Below, piece after piece: positions 53,114 through 62,187 of a stretch of DNA of 64,000 nucleotides. Below the pieces are notes generated by a model. That model was given only the letters and a program-made list of their open reading frames with translations. It searched no databases and was not told the DNA's origin. A program made the translations under genes and the position numbers. This stretch comes from an uncultured Gemmatimonadales bacterium. Lineage in GTDB: Bacteria > Gemmatimonadota > Gemmatimonadetes > Gemmatimonadales > Gemmatimonadaceae. The stretch spans positions 4,544,001-4,608,000 of the forward strand of contig OY969695.1 in the NCBI GenBank assembly GCA_963701965.1, given 5' to 3'. Position 1 is the stretch's first letter, and every line of letters starts with the position of its first letter.

Positions 53114-53701
53114 GTGCCGTGTCCTGCTCGTCCGCCTGGCCACTGGGTCAGGCCTTTGCTCACGGTCGCCGTCGCGGGAGTTGCCGCGGCCGCACTGCCG
53201 AAGTCCGCAGTCGCCCAATGCTCCAGTACAACCACGCAGATCGGCCCGTGTAACACTGGGACCAACATCGCCCCTGGTGCGACGGGCCAGACCTACACAC
53301 TCACGCTGATCAACCTGTTGGCCATCCAAGAGCAGCCGACCGTGTCCGTCGCCTGCTCCGGCTATGTGGTGAGCTGCAGCGTCTCACCGACATTTGTCCA
53401 TCTTCCGGCCAACGGGTCGGGAAACGTCGTGGTGACGTACAGCGTCGACACGGCACGCAGGTCTGGGCAATTCGTCCTGTCCGGCGGCGGGACGTCGTCG
53501 ACTATCACCGTCAGCCCCCCGGCGCATCTTGCTCACGAACAGGGTGCCTTGCAATCAGGTAGCCTCTCCAGCAATTCAGGAACTCCTGACCCCGTTGTAT
53601 CCGCAGGCGACGCAAGACAATCTCGAACGTCTCGTGTACGGTTATCCCGGGCAGGGTGGGGGTGTAGCGTTGACTCCGACAATCGGTGGTCCGGGCGCTA
53701 G
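53114..53701 (+). CDS. Secreted protein N-terminus (signal peptide plus Ig-like beta domain); protein-like only to ~53520
   Basis: GGAG SD 5 nt before GTG; signal peptide ending AVA-QC; T/S/V-rich strands with a Cys pair (VACSGYVVSCSVSP). Confidence 0.6.
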   Translation: MPCPARPPGHWVRPLLTVAVAGVAAAALPKSAVAQCSSTTTQIGPCNTGTNIAPGATGQTYTLTLINLLAIQEQPTVSVACSGYVVSCSVSPTFVHLPANGSGNVVVTYSVDTARRSGQFVLSGGGTSSTITVSPPAHLAHEQGALQSGSLSSNSGTPDPVVSAGDARQSRTSRVRLSRAGWGCSVDSDNRWSGR

Positions 53702-53915
53702 CTTCGAATTTTCGGTCCAACCGCCAACCCCGGCATTTATACCGGCTAACGCACTCCTTATGGCGCATACACACCAGAGTCCCAATGGGTATCCAGGGCC
53801 AGATTCAAATGACTCCATCGTAGTTCACAATCTCGGTATACCAGGTTATGTGTTGTCGGAGAAAATGCTTTTCGTGCAAAACCCTGATGGCACGGCCTTT
53901 GGATGTCGCCGATGA
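53529..53915 (+). CDS. JAB/MPN-like (DUF4329/Tox-JAB-like) putative toxin domain, likely the C-terminal part of the 53114 gene
   Basis: LER Glu about 46 aa before AHTHQSPNGYPGPDSND, then GIPGYV; no SD of its own; visibly lower GC. Confidence 0.5.
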   Translation: MLTNRVPCNQVASPAIQELLTPLYPQATQDNLERLVYGYPGQGGGVALTPTIGGPGASFEFSVQPPTPAFIPANALLMAHTHQSPNGYPGPDSNDSIVVHNLGIPGYVLSEKMLFVQNPDGTAFGCRR

Positions 53916-54292
53916 ACACGGAGCGCGGAGGGATACGAGACGTGGCTCGCCGCTCGGTAATGCCGCTAGGCACCGTTGCCGTCGTAGCGTTTGGCGCTGC
54001 TTTCGCTTCTGCCCCAACCTATTCGTCGGGGAATCCACCGACGACCGTGCGTTCGGCCAGCCATAGCGTTAATGCGGCCGAGGACAGCGTGGCACTGGTC
54101 AGAAAAGCCCTGAATCTTGCACGTGCTGCCGGGGACAACGACCCGCTGGAACTCCGGCGTCTCACGCGTAGCAAGGGCAAGACCGTGGTAGAGCTACAGT
54201 TTCCTGCGCGCCCCGGTGGGGGGCCTGTGTATGGCGGGGACGTCGTCGTCACGATAACACAGGGCAAGATCTGTATAGAGATTTTTAGCTGA
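53912..54292 (+). CDS. Small exported protein, putative immunity protein
   Basis: ATGA overlap with the upstream stop; hydrophobic signal-like segment (AVVAFGAAFASA); lower GC. Confidence 0.5.
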   Translation: MNTERGGIRDVARRSVMPLGTVAVVAFGAAFASAPTYSSGNPPTTVRSASHSVNAAEDSVALVRKALNLARAAGDNDPLELRRLTRSKGKTVVELQFPARPGGGPVYGGDVVVTITQGKICIEIFS

Positions 54293-54357
54293 CGGTGTTT
54301 CGGTGACTCAATTCCGCATCACGAGTTGACGCTCCTAAGCCCACAGCGTGAGAGTCT

Positions 54358-54403
54358 GATGGCGGCCAACGCTTCCCACGGACGTGGGGAGCGTTGTGCC
54401 GTC
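54358..54403. other. Strong hairpin at the island/yraN boundary
   Basis: CAACGCTTCCCAC-GGAC-GTGGGGAGCGTTG with outer GATGGC/GCCGTC; no U-tract. Confidence 0.6.
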
Positions 54404-54470
54404 GAGCCGGGATGCGCAAGCGGACACGGCAATGGTGCCCTGTGCGCTCCGGCGTGGCAGTATTGCGCCC

Positions 54471-54846
54471 GTGTCCAAGGAGACCCAACAGCTCGGCCTC
54501 CTCGGCGAACGGATCGCCGCGAAGTGGCTCGTGCGGCACGGTTGGAGGATCCTGGAGCATCGATTCAGGAACGGCCACCGGGATCTGGATCTGATTGCGC
54601 GAAAGGGTCAGACGATCGCGTTTGTGGAAGTAAAGGCGCGAAGCGACCTCGGCTTTGGTGGACCCGTCAGCAGGGTCGACTATCAGAAACTGGATGCAGG
54701 TACGGCGCTCAGCGCTCGTCTGGATCGACCGGAATGGGCCGAACAGGGTGGAGTACCGGATCGACGTGATCGGGGTGCTGATCACAGATCATATGGCGAG
54801 CGTCATGCATGTGGAAAACGCTTTTGTTTTCCACCCGCGATGTTGA
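54471..54846 (+). CDS. yraN: YraN family endonuclease-like protein with an apparent +1 frameshift
   Basis: LGLLGERIAA, DLDLIA, FVEVKAR; removing one G at 54692-54693 joins KL to MQVRRSALVW...YRIDVIGV...HVENAF. Confidence 0.85.
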
Positions 54847-54875
54847 TTTTCGCTCGCGGAGTTCGTAGTTTGTTC
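54843..54875 (+). promoter_or_regulatory. recA promoter with GTTC-N7-GTTC direct repeat
   Basis: TTGATT(54843)-17-TAGTTT(54866); GTTC at 54861 and 54872 bracket the -10. Confidence 0.55.
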
Positions 54876-54963
54876 GGGGTATATGGCGGCCCCGTGCACC
54901 GGGATAAATTATCTCCGGAACACGCGGCCAGGCGTGCTCACTACCAACACTTGGGCGGACTCA

Positions 54964-56022
54964 ATGGCGGTGTCGTCGACGGCGCAAGACGATCGCAAGA
55001 AAGCGCTCAACCTGGCCATCGCACAGATCGAGAAGAACTGCGGCAAAGGCTCCATCATGCGGATGGGTCCCGATGCGCCGCGCGTGCGGGTCGAAACGAT
55101 ATCGACCGGCGCGATCAATCTCGACGCTGCGATTGGTATCGGCGGCATCCCCCGCGGCCGCGTCACTGAGATCTACGGTCCGGAGTCCAGCGGGAAGACG
55201 ACCCTCTGTCTCCACGTCGTCGCCAACGCCCAGCGCGACGGCGGCGTCGCCGCCTACATCGACGCCGAGCACGCGCTCGACACCGAATACGCCAAGAAGC
55301 TCGGCGTCGATATCGAAAACCTCCTGATCTCGCAGCCCGACACCGGCGAGCAAGCGCTCGAGATCTGCGAGATCCTCGTCCGGTCCGGCGCCGTCGACGT
55401 CGTCGTCATCGACTCCGTCGCCGCCCTCGTGCCCAAAGCCGAGATCGAGGGCGACATGGGCGACTCCCATGTCGGCCTCCAAGCGCGGCTCATGAGCCAG
55501 GCGCTCCGCAAATTGACCGGCGCCATCGCCCGGTCGAAATGCGCCGTGATCTTCATCAATCAGCTCCGCGAGAAGATCGGCGTCATGTTCGGCAACCCCG
55601 AGACGACGACCGGCGGCAAGGCCCTCAAGTTCTACGCGTCCGTCCGCCTCGACATCCGGCGCATCGGGCCCGTCAAAGAGAAAGAAGAGGTCATCGGCTC
55701 ACACGTCCGCGTCAAAGTCGTGAAGAACAAAGTCGCTCCGCCGTTCAAGCAAGCGGAGTTCGACATCATGTACGCGGAAGGCATCAGCCACACGTCGCTG
55801 CTCGTCGACATTGGCGCCGAGAGCGGCATCATCGACAAGTCCGGCGCCTGGTACAGCTACGGCACCCAGCGGATCGGGCAAGGGCGTGAGAACGCCAAGA
55901 TGTTCTTGAAGGACAACCCCGCGTTGTTGGCCGAGGTCGAGGAAAAAGTGAAAGTCGTGCTCGGCATGCGCGCGGATGCAGGCAGCGCCGGGGATTCCGG
56001 CGAGGCGGCGACGGACGACTGA
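54964..56022 (+). CDS. recA: Recombinase A
   Basis: [51 protein letters not shown]. Confidence 0.99.
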   Translation: MAVSSTAQDDRKKALNLAIAQIEKNCGKGSIMRMGPDAPRVRVETISTGAINLDAAIGIGGIPRGRVTEIYGPESSGKTTLCLHVVANAQRDGGVAAYIDAEHALDTEYAKKLGVDIENLLISQPDTGEQALEICEILVRSGAVDVVVIDSVAALVPKAEIEGDMGDSHVGLQARLMSQALRKLTGAIARSKCAVIFINQLREKIGVMFGNPETTTGGKALKFYASVRLDIRRIGPVKEKEEVIGSHVRVKVVKNKVAPPFKQAEFDIMYAEGISHTSLLVDIGAESGIIDKSGAWYSYGTQRIGQGRENAKMFLKDNPALLAEVEEKVKVVLGMRADAGSAGDSGEAATDD

Positions 56023-56041
56023 TCTTGGAACCGGTATGAGG

Positions 56042-56142
56042 CTCGTGCTTTGGGGCCGAGGAGAATGCGTTGTGCGTAGTATGGGGCCCGGATTCCCTGT
56101 ACTGTGCAAAGCGCGACTCCTCGGCCTCTTTGCGTGCATGAG
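56042..56142 (+). other. Long G-U-rich stem-loop filling the recA-recX spacer
   Basis: 56052-63 pairs with 56117-28; 56066-86 pairs with 56095-115; 56042-48 pairs with 56136-42. Confidence 0.75.
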
Positions 56143-56145
56143 GCC

Positions 56146-56787
56146 ATGACGGTCGTCACCGACCTCGTGCCCGACGTCCGCCGCGAAGGGCGCATCGCCG
56201 TGTTGGTCGATGGCCGACCCCTGGCGGTCGTGTCCCTCGAGGCGATCGAACGCCTCGGCCTCCGCCCCGGCGTCCCGGTCGACGACACCGTGTTGGCCGC
56301 CTTGGCCGACGCCGACGCCGAGTGCGCCGTGTACGACCGGGCCTTGAGCCTCTTGGCGCACCGGGCCCGGTCGACCACCGGGCTCCGGCGCCAGCTCGTG
56401 CGCGGCGGCGCCGAGCCCGCGCGCGCCCAGCGCGCCGTCGATCTGCTCGCCGCGCGCGGCCTGCTCGACGACGCCGAGTACGCCCGGCAACTGACCCGCT
56501 CGCGCGTGCGCGGGCGCGGCGCGTCCGCGCGCCGCGTGCGGCAGGAGTTGACGCGCCAGGGCGTCGACCCCGACATCGCGGTCGCCGCCATTGCCGACGT
56601 CTTCGAGGACGAAACCATCGACGAATCCACGCTCGCCGAGCACGCCGCCCGGAAGCGCGCGCCGTTGCTCGCGCATCTCGCGGCGCCCGTGCAGCGCCGC
56701 CGCCTGTACGCGTTTCTCGCCCGTCGTGGCTACGCACCCGACGATGTGCGCCGCGCGGTCGATGCCGCGCTCAAGGGAACGACGTAA
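56146..56787 (+). CDS. recX: Regulatory protein RecX
   Basis: ALSLLAHRARS, LLDDAEYA, RQELTRQGV, LYAFLARRGY; follows recA. Confidence 0.93.
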   Translation: MTVVTDLVPDVRREGRIAVLVDGRPLAVVSLEAIERLGLRPGVPVDDTVLAALADADAECAVYDRALSLLAHRARSTTGLRRQLVRGGAEPARAQRAVDLLAARGLLDDAEYARQLTRSRVRGRGASARRVRQELTRQGVDPDIAVAAIADVFEDETIDESTLAEHAARKRAPLLAHLAAPVQRRRLYAFLARRGYAPDDVRRAVDAALKGTT

Positions 56788-56828
56788 CACTCTCGCGGAG
56801 GAAGGAGCGTTCCCCCATACGATTACGC

Positions 56829-56858
56829 TTGAGCCCGCCCGAACGCGGCTCGTATATT
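56829..56858 (+). promoter_or_regulatory. Probable promoter of a leaderless alaS transcript
   Basis: TTGAGC-18-TATATT ending 7 nt before ATG 56866; no SD. Confidence 0.55.
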
Positions 56859-56865
56859 CGTTTGT

Positions 56866-59706
56866 ATGAACGCCATGACCGCCGCGGAGATCCGCCGACG
56901 CTTTCTCGAGTACTTCCGCCGCAACGGTCACGCGCTCTTGCCCAGCTCTTCGCTCGTGCCCAAGGACGATCCCACGCTCCTGTTCACGAACGCCGGGATG
57001 GTCCAGTTCAAGCGCGTCTTTCTCGGGCTCTCCGACCCCGTGCCCGAGCGGCGCGCGACCACGTCGCAGAAATGCGTGCGCGCGGGCGGCAAGCACAACG
57101 ATCTCGAGCAAGTCGGCCACACCGCCCGGCATCATACCCTTTTCGAGATGCTGGGGAATTTCTCCTTTGGCGACTACTTCAAACGCGAAGCGATCGCGTT
57201 CGCCTGGGAGTTCGTCACGCGCGAGCTGGGCTTCCCGCGCGAGCATCTGCGCGTCAGCGTGTATCGGCCCGACGACGAAGCCCGCGCCCTGTGGCGCGAA
57301 GTCGCGGGGCTCCCCGACTCGCGGATCTATGGCCTCGACGAGGCCGACAACTTCTGGCAGATGGGCGACACGGGGCCCTGCGGGCCCTGTAGCGAGATCT
57401 ACGTCGATCTCGTCGCCCTCGCGCGCGATTGGCGGTTTCCCGACGGCGCGACCGGCGAATGGACCGACGTCGAACGCACCGAGTTCTCCGAGGCGGCGTT
57501 CGTCGAGGGCGCCGAGGCCGGCCGGTTCCTCGAGATCTGGAACCTTGTGTTCATGCAGTTCGACCGGCAGCCGGACGGGCAGCTCGTGCCGCTGCCTCGT
57601 CCCTCGGTCGATACCGGCGCGGGTCTCGAGCGCATCGCCGCCGCCATGCAGGGCGTGACCAACAACTATCACGCCGACCTCTTCGCGCCGCTCCTCGCGG
57701 CGGTCGAACACGTTGTCGGGCGCCCCTATCGGGGACGCCAAACCGACGAGGTGATTCGATTTCGTCAGGACGTCGATGTGTTGGTCGGGGACAAGCCCCG
57801 GTCCGTTGTCCGCCAGTATATCGACGATCCCGCTTCCTATCGCGTGATCGCCGATCACGCGCGCGCGGTGGCGTTTCTGCTGGCCGACGGCGTGCACCCG
57901 TCGAATGACGGGCGCGGCTACGTCCTTCGGCGCATCCTGCGGCGCGCCGTGCGCCACGCGTGGCTCCTCGGCCGCAGCGAACCCACGCTCGTGACCGTCG
58001 TGCAGGCGGTCATCGACGCGATGCACGAGGCGTATCCCGAGCTCAAACACCACCAGCGCCATCTCCTCGATCGCACGCGCGCCGAGGAAGTGCAGTTCCT
58101 CAAGACGATTGCCGGCGGCATGGCGAAATTCGACGAGATCGCGCCCGAAGCCACCGCGCATGGGTCCCCCGCGGTCCGCGGGACGATCAGCGGCGAAGAT
58201 GCCTTCCGACTGTACGACACGTTCGGGTTCCCGTTCGACCTGACGGAGCTCATGGCCCGCGAGCGCGGCTACACCGTGGACGTCGCCGCGTTCGAAGCCG
58301 CGCTCGACGCCCAGCGCACCCAATCGCAAGAGGAGCGGAAAGGGCGTCGGCTGACCGTCGAGGCCGATGAGTTAGCGGGCGAGTGGAGTACGCCGGGATC
58401 TGCCTCGATCGCCCTCGGCGGCGGGGCGTCGATAAGCGGCAAAGCGGCCAGTGACGTCTTCGTTGGATACGAGACGCTCGAGACCGAAACCAGCGTCGTC
58501 GCGAAGCGCGACCTGGCTGACGGTCGCACCGCGGTCATTCTGGAGCGGCGGCCGTTCTATCTCGAGTCCGGCGGCCAGATCTCGGACAAGGGCGAGATCG
58601 TCGGCGAGGGATGGCGCATGGACGTCGAGGACGTCCGGAAGGCCGACGGGCGCGTCGCCGAGATCGGTCGGGTCGAGGGCACGTTCCGGTTCGGCTCCGT
58701 GACCGCCCGCGTGCCCAGCGATGTCCGGCGGGACACGGAGCGCAACCACACCGCCACCCACCTCCTGCACGCCGCGCTGCGCGGCGTGCTCGGCGAGCAC
58801 GTGCACCAGCGCGGCTCGCTCGTCGCGCCAGACCGTCTCCGGTTCGACTTCAGCCACGACGCGCCCATAGCACCCGCGGCGCTCGATGAGATCGAGCAGA
58901 TCGTCAATCGCGAGATCTGGCGTGCCCTCCCGGTCGTTCGCGAGGAGCGGCCGCTGGCCGAGGCCCGCGCCGCCGGCGCGATGGCGCTCTTTGGCGAGAA
59001 ATACGGCGACATCGTGCGCGTGATCTCGGTGCCCGGCTTCTCCATGGAGCTGTGCGGCGGCACGCACGTGCGCAACACCAGCGAGATCGCGCTCTTCAAG
59101 ATCGTCTCCGAGACCGGCGTCGGCAGCGGGACGCGGCGCATCGAAGCCCTCACCGGGCGTGCCGCCTACGACCGGACGCGCGAGTTCGAGCGGGCGATCG
59201 CCCGGCTCGGCGATGCGCTCAAGGCGCCCGCCGAACCCGACAGCGTCGTCGCGCGCGTCGAACACGCCCTCGGCGAACGGCGCGTCTTGGAAAAGCGGCT
59301 CGCCGAGGCCCAGCGCGGCGGTGACGGGAGCGCGCTGCATGCGCTCATCGCCAAGGCCGTCTCCGTGGATGGCGCGCGCGTCGTCGCCGCGCGGATCGAC
59401 CCCCCACCGGCCGACATCAAGGCGCTCCAGAACATGGGCGACGCCCTCCGCGAGCAGCTGCGGACCGGCGTCGGTGTCCTCGCCGCGTCGTTTCCCGATG
59501 GCAAGAACACGCTGCTCGTCGTGGTCACCGACGACCTGCGCGAGCGCGGTCTGCGTGCCGACGCGCTGGTCAGCGACCTGGCGGCGGCGGCCGGCGGGAA
59601 GGGAGGCGGCAAGCCCCATATGGCGCAGGCCGGCATTCCCGATGCGGCGCGGATCGGGGCCGCGTTGGATGCGGCCGTGCCCACCGTGCGGGCCCGGCTC
59701 GCATGA
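56866..59706 (+). CDS. alaS: Alanine--tRNA ligase
   Basis: DPTLLFTNAGM, FEMLGNFSFGDYFK, GPCGPCSEI, editing motifs HTATH and ELCGGTH, GGKGGG. Confidence 0.98.
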   Translation: MNAMTAAEIRRRFLEYFRRNGHALLPSSSLVPKDDPTLLFTNAGMVQFKRVFLGLSDPVPERRATTSQKCVRAGGKHNDLEQVGHTARHHTLFEMLGNFSFGDYFKREAIAFAWEFVTRELGFPREHLRVSVYRPDDEARALWREVAGLPDSRIYGLDEADNFWQMGDTGPCGPCSEIYVDLVALARDWRFPDGATGEWTDVERTEFSEAAFVEGAEAGRFLEIWNLVFMQFDRQPDGQLVPLPRPSVDTGAGLERIAAAMQGVTNNYHADLFAPLLAAVEHVVGRPYRGRQTDEVIRFRQDVDVLVGDKPRSVVRQYIDDPASYRVIADHARAVAFLLADGVHPSNDGRGYVLRRILRRAVRHAWLLGRSEPTLVTVVQAVIDAMHEAYPELKHHQRHLLDRTRAEEVQFLKTIAGGMAKFDEIAPEATAHGSPAVRGTISGEDAFRLYDTFGFPFDLTELMARERGYTVDVAAFEAALDAQRTQSQEERKGRRLTVEADELAGEWSTPGSASIALGGGASISGKAASDVFVGYETLETETSVVAKRDLADGRTAVILERRPFYLESGGQISDKGEIVGEGWRMDVEDVRKADGRVAEIGRVEGTFRFGSVTARVPSDVRRDTERNHTATHLLHAALRGVLGEHVHQRGSLVAPDRLRFDFSHDAPIAPAALDEIEQIVNREIWRALPVVREERPLAEARAAGAMALFGEKYGDIVRVISVPGFSMELCGGTHVRNTSEIALFKIVSETGVGSGTRRIEALTGRAAYDRTREFERAIARLGDALKAPAEPDSVVARVEHALGERRVLEKRLAEAQRGGDGSALHALIAKAVSVDGARVVAARIDPPPADIKALQNMGDALREQLRTGVGVLAASFPDGKNTLLVVVTDDLRERGLRADALVSDLAAAAGGKGGGKPHMAQAGIPDAARIGAALDAAVPTVRARLA

Positions 59707-59999
59707 CCTGGCTCGCGCGCCTCGACCCGCATCCGCCACCGGCCCTGCTGGAGCGCATCGCGATGCAGTTTCCGGGGTCGACCGCCGAGCCGAGCCCGGA
59801 GGGCTATCTGGCGGCGGCCGAGCGATTGCTGGACGGCCTGCTCGCCGACGGATGCGCGTCGCGCGACGGGGCGCTCGATCTTCTGGTCGCCGACGCTCTG
59901 GTCACCTACGCGTTCGAGGCCGCCAGCGTGGAGCCGGCCCGTATCGTGGAGCGCGCGCAAGCCGCGATGAACCGCATCGCGGGCTTGGCCGTGCGCTGA
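59703..59999 (+). CDS. Small helical hypothetical protein
   Basis: ATGA-coupled to alaS; RDGALDLLVADALVTYAFE segment. Confidence 0.7.
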   Translation: MTWLARLDPHPPPALLERIAMQFPGSTAEPSPEGYLAAAERLLDGLLADGCASRDGALDLLVADALVTYAFEAASVEPARIVERAQAAMNRIAGLAVR

Positions 60000-60004
60000 G
60001 CGCC

Positions 60005-60775
60005 GTGATCGACATCCATTCGCATCTCCTGCCCGGTGTCGACGACGGATCCCGCTCGCTCGAGATCTCCCTCGGCGTGCTCAATGCCTTCGCCGCCGAC
60101 GGCGTGGCCCGCGTCGTGTGCACCCCCCATCTCAAGGCATCGCGCGCCGCCGCCGTCGCCCACGACGAGTATGCCCAGCGATTCGCGGCGCTCGTCGCGG
60201 CGGCGCCCGCCGTGCCCGCGCTGTCGCGGGGATGGGAGATCATGCTCGATGTGCCGGGCATCGACCTGCGAGCGCCCGCGTACGCCCTCGCCGGCTCGTC
60301 GGCCGTCCTCGTCGAGTTCCCCCATACGGGCGTGCCATCGGGCGCGACGGCCGAGCTGTACCGCTTGCGTCAGTCGGGCATCGTGCCGGTGCTCGCCCAC
60401 CCCGAACGGTATTTCGGGTGCAGCATCGAACTGGTCCGGGAGTGGCGCCAGATCGGCATCATCATGCAGATCGACTGCGTGGCTCTCCTCGCCGGCGGTC
60501 CAATGGGGCGGCTGGCGCGGGCGTTGTTGGAGCAGGGGCTCGCCGATTGTCTGGCCAGCGACAACCACGGCGACGTGCGGTCCTTGGCCGGCGCCCGCGA
60601 TTGGCTGGACGACATGGGCGCGCGCGAGCAGAGCGAGCTGCTGACCGCGACCAACGCCGGGCTGCTCCTGGCCAACGAGCCGGTGATCCCCGTCGGATCC
60701 GTGCGGCTGCATCAAGGCCTCATCCGTCAACTCCGCAGCTTTCTCCGCGGCAAACGCAAGCGCACGCCCACATGA
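60005..60775 (+). CDS. PHP-family tyrosine phosphatase (CpsB/CapC/YwqE-like)
   Basis: IDIHSHLLPGVDDGS, CTPH, LAHPERY, ASDNH. Confidence 0.92.
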   Translation: MIDIHSHLLPGVDDGSRSLEISLGVLNAFAADGVARVVCTPHLKASRAAAVAHDEYAQRFAALVAAAPAVPALSRGWEIMLDVPGIDLRAPAYALAGSSAVLVEFPHTGVPSGATAELYRLRQSGIVPVLAHPERYFGCSIELVREWRQIGIIMQIDCVALLAGGPMGRLARALLEQGLADCLASDNHGDVRSLAGARDWLDDMGAREQSELLTATNAGLLLANEPVIPVGSVRLHQGLIRQLRSFLRGKRKRTPT

Positions 60776-61752
60776 TCGCACTCGTATTCACCGGCGGCAC
60801 GATCTCCATGCGCATCGATCCCGCCGCCGGTGGCGCCGTTCCCACGCTGAACGGCGCCGCGCTGTTGTCGATGGCGCCGGGTATTGCGGACATCGCCGCG
60901 ATCGAAATCCACGAATGGGCGACGATGCCGGGCGCGCACCTGACGGTCGATCAGATGTGGGGCCTCCGGACCCACGTGGCACAGCTGGTCGAACGCGACG
61001 ACATCGACGGGGTCGTCGTCACCCAGGGCACCGACACGATCGAGGAGACGTCCTATCTCGTCCACCGGTCCGTCAAGACCGACAAGCCCATCGTGTTCAC
61101 GGGCGCGATGCGCACGTCGCAGGATCTGGGCTGGGATGGACCGTCGAATCTCACCGACGCCGTGCGCGTCGCTGCCTCGGCGGCCGCCCGCGAATGCGGC
61201 GTCCTGGTGGTGTTCAACAGCCGGATCTACCCGGCGGGCAATGTGGTCAAGGTGCACACGCACCTGCTGGACGCGTTCGAGAGTCCCGGGCTCGGGCCGA
61301 TCGGCGTCCTCGACGACGGACGCGTCATCATGCGGCGATCGCTTCCGCGGGCACTGGGCGCCGACCGCTTGGCGTTGGCGCCGGTACGGCCGGCCGCGCC
61401 CGTGGACATCGTGTACGCGTACGCCGGCGCCGATGGGCGCGTCCTCGATGCCATTCGGAGCGAGAGCCGCGGCGTGGTGATCGCCGCGCTGGGGCGGGGC
61501 AATACGCCGCTCGCCATGTACGAGGCCATCCGGCGTTGGATCGCGGACGGGAAGCCCGTGGTCGTCACGAGCCGGGCCGCCCGGGGGCGCGTCGGGCCTA
61601 CCTACGCGTTTCCCGGAGGCGGGCGTTCCCTGTTGGATGCGGGCGCGATCTTCGGCGGAGCGCGGCGGCCGCCCCAGGCGCGCATCGATCTGATGCTGGC
61701 GCTAGGGGCCGGGCTTGGCCGCGACGAGCTGCCCGCCGTCTTCGCCGTCTGA
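60772..61752 (+). CDS. L-asparaginase family protein
   Basis: FTGGTISM, TQGTDTIEET, VFTGAMR, DGPSNL. Confidence 0.93.
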   Translation: MIALVFTGGTISMRIDPAAGGAVPTLNGAALLSMAPGIADIAAIEIHEWATMPGAHLTVDQMWGLRTHVAQLVERDDIDGVVVTQGTDTIEETSYLVHRSVKTDKPIVFTGAMRTSQDLGWDGPSNLTDAVRVAASAAARECGVLVVFNSRIYPAGNVVKVHTHLLDAFESPGLGPIGVLDDGRVIMRRSLPRALGADRLALAPVRPAAPVDIVYAYAGADGRVLDAIRSESRGVVIAALGRGNTPLAMYEAIRRWIADGKPVVVTSRAARGRVGPTYAFPGGGRSLLDAGAIFGGARRPPQARIDLMLALGAGLGRDELPAVFAV

Positions 61753-62151
61753 GCCGGCCGCCAGCTCGATCCACGCAGCGAAGCACCGAAAGCCGAACTC
61801 CCGCGCCGCGCGCGCCTGATCCAGCCCGCCCCGGGCGTCGCGCCATCCCTCCTGCTCGGCGCGCCAACTGCAATCCCAGACGAAGCGAAACGTCCGGGGG
61901 CCGTCGGGCGTCGTCGCCGTCACCGTGCCCCGGTAGTCGGCACAACCCGACGCCGCGTCGATCGTCACGCTGTCGATCGCCAGATCCGATTGCGCCGAGA
62001 GCAGTTGGGCCACCACGCGCAACACCTTGATGCGCGGTGCCGCGCGCCGCGTGACGATCCGGGTCGACTCCCGGAAGTCGGCGTAGGCGCGCACGTCCGC
62101 CGCGAAGGCCGGTGTGGCCCGCGAGGCGCCGAGACAGGACTCGAGATTCAT
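61702..62151 (-). CDS. Hypothetical protein
   Basis: Globular-looking ORF (SGCADYRG, FVWDCSWRA, AAREFGFRCF) filling the gap between asparaginase and cca; TATTTT 6 nt upstream of the ATG. Confidence 0.72.
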   Translation of the reverse strand: MNLESCLGASRATPAFAADVRAYADFRESTRIVTRRAAPRIKVLRVVAQLLSAQSDLAIDSVTIDAASGCADYRGTVTATTPDGPRTFRFVWDCSWRAEQEGWRDARGGLDQARAAREFGFRCFAAWIELAAGSDGEDGGQLVAAKPGP

Positions 62152-62187
62152 GGCAGCAAAATAGGCCTTTTTGTTCTACCTTTGACC

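Noticed and set aside
54364..54399. Integron attC site (AAC...GTT hairpin)
   Set aside because: Only ~36 bp, shorter than known attC sites, imperfect R boxes and no integrase or cassette array.
54384..55169. yraN-recA read-through ORF of 261 aa
   Set aside because: Artefact of the yraN frameshift; the tail is an alternate frame of recA.
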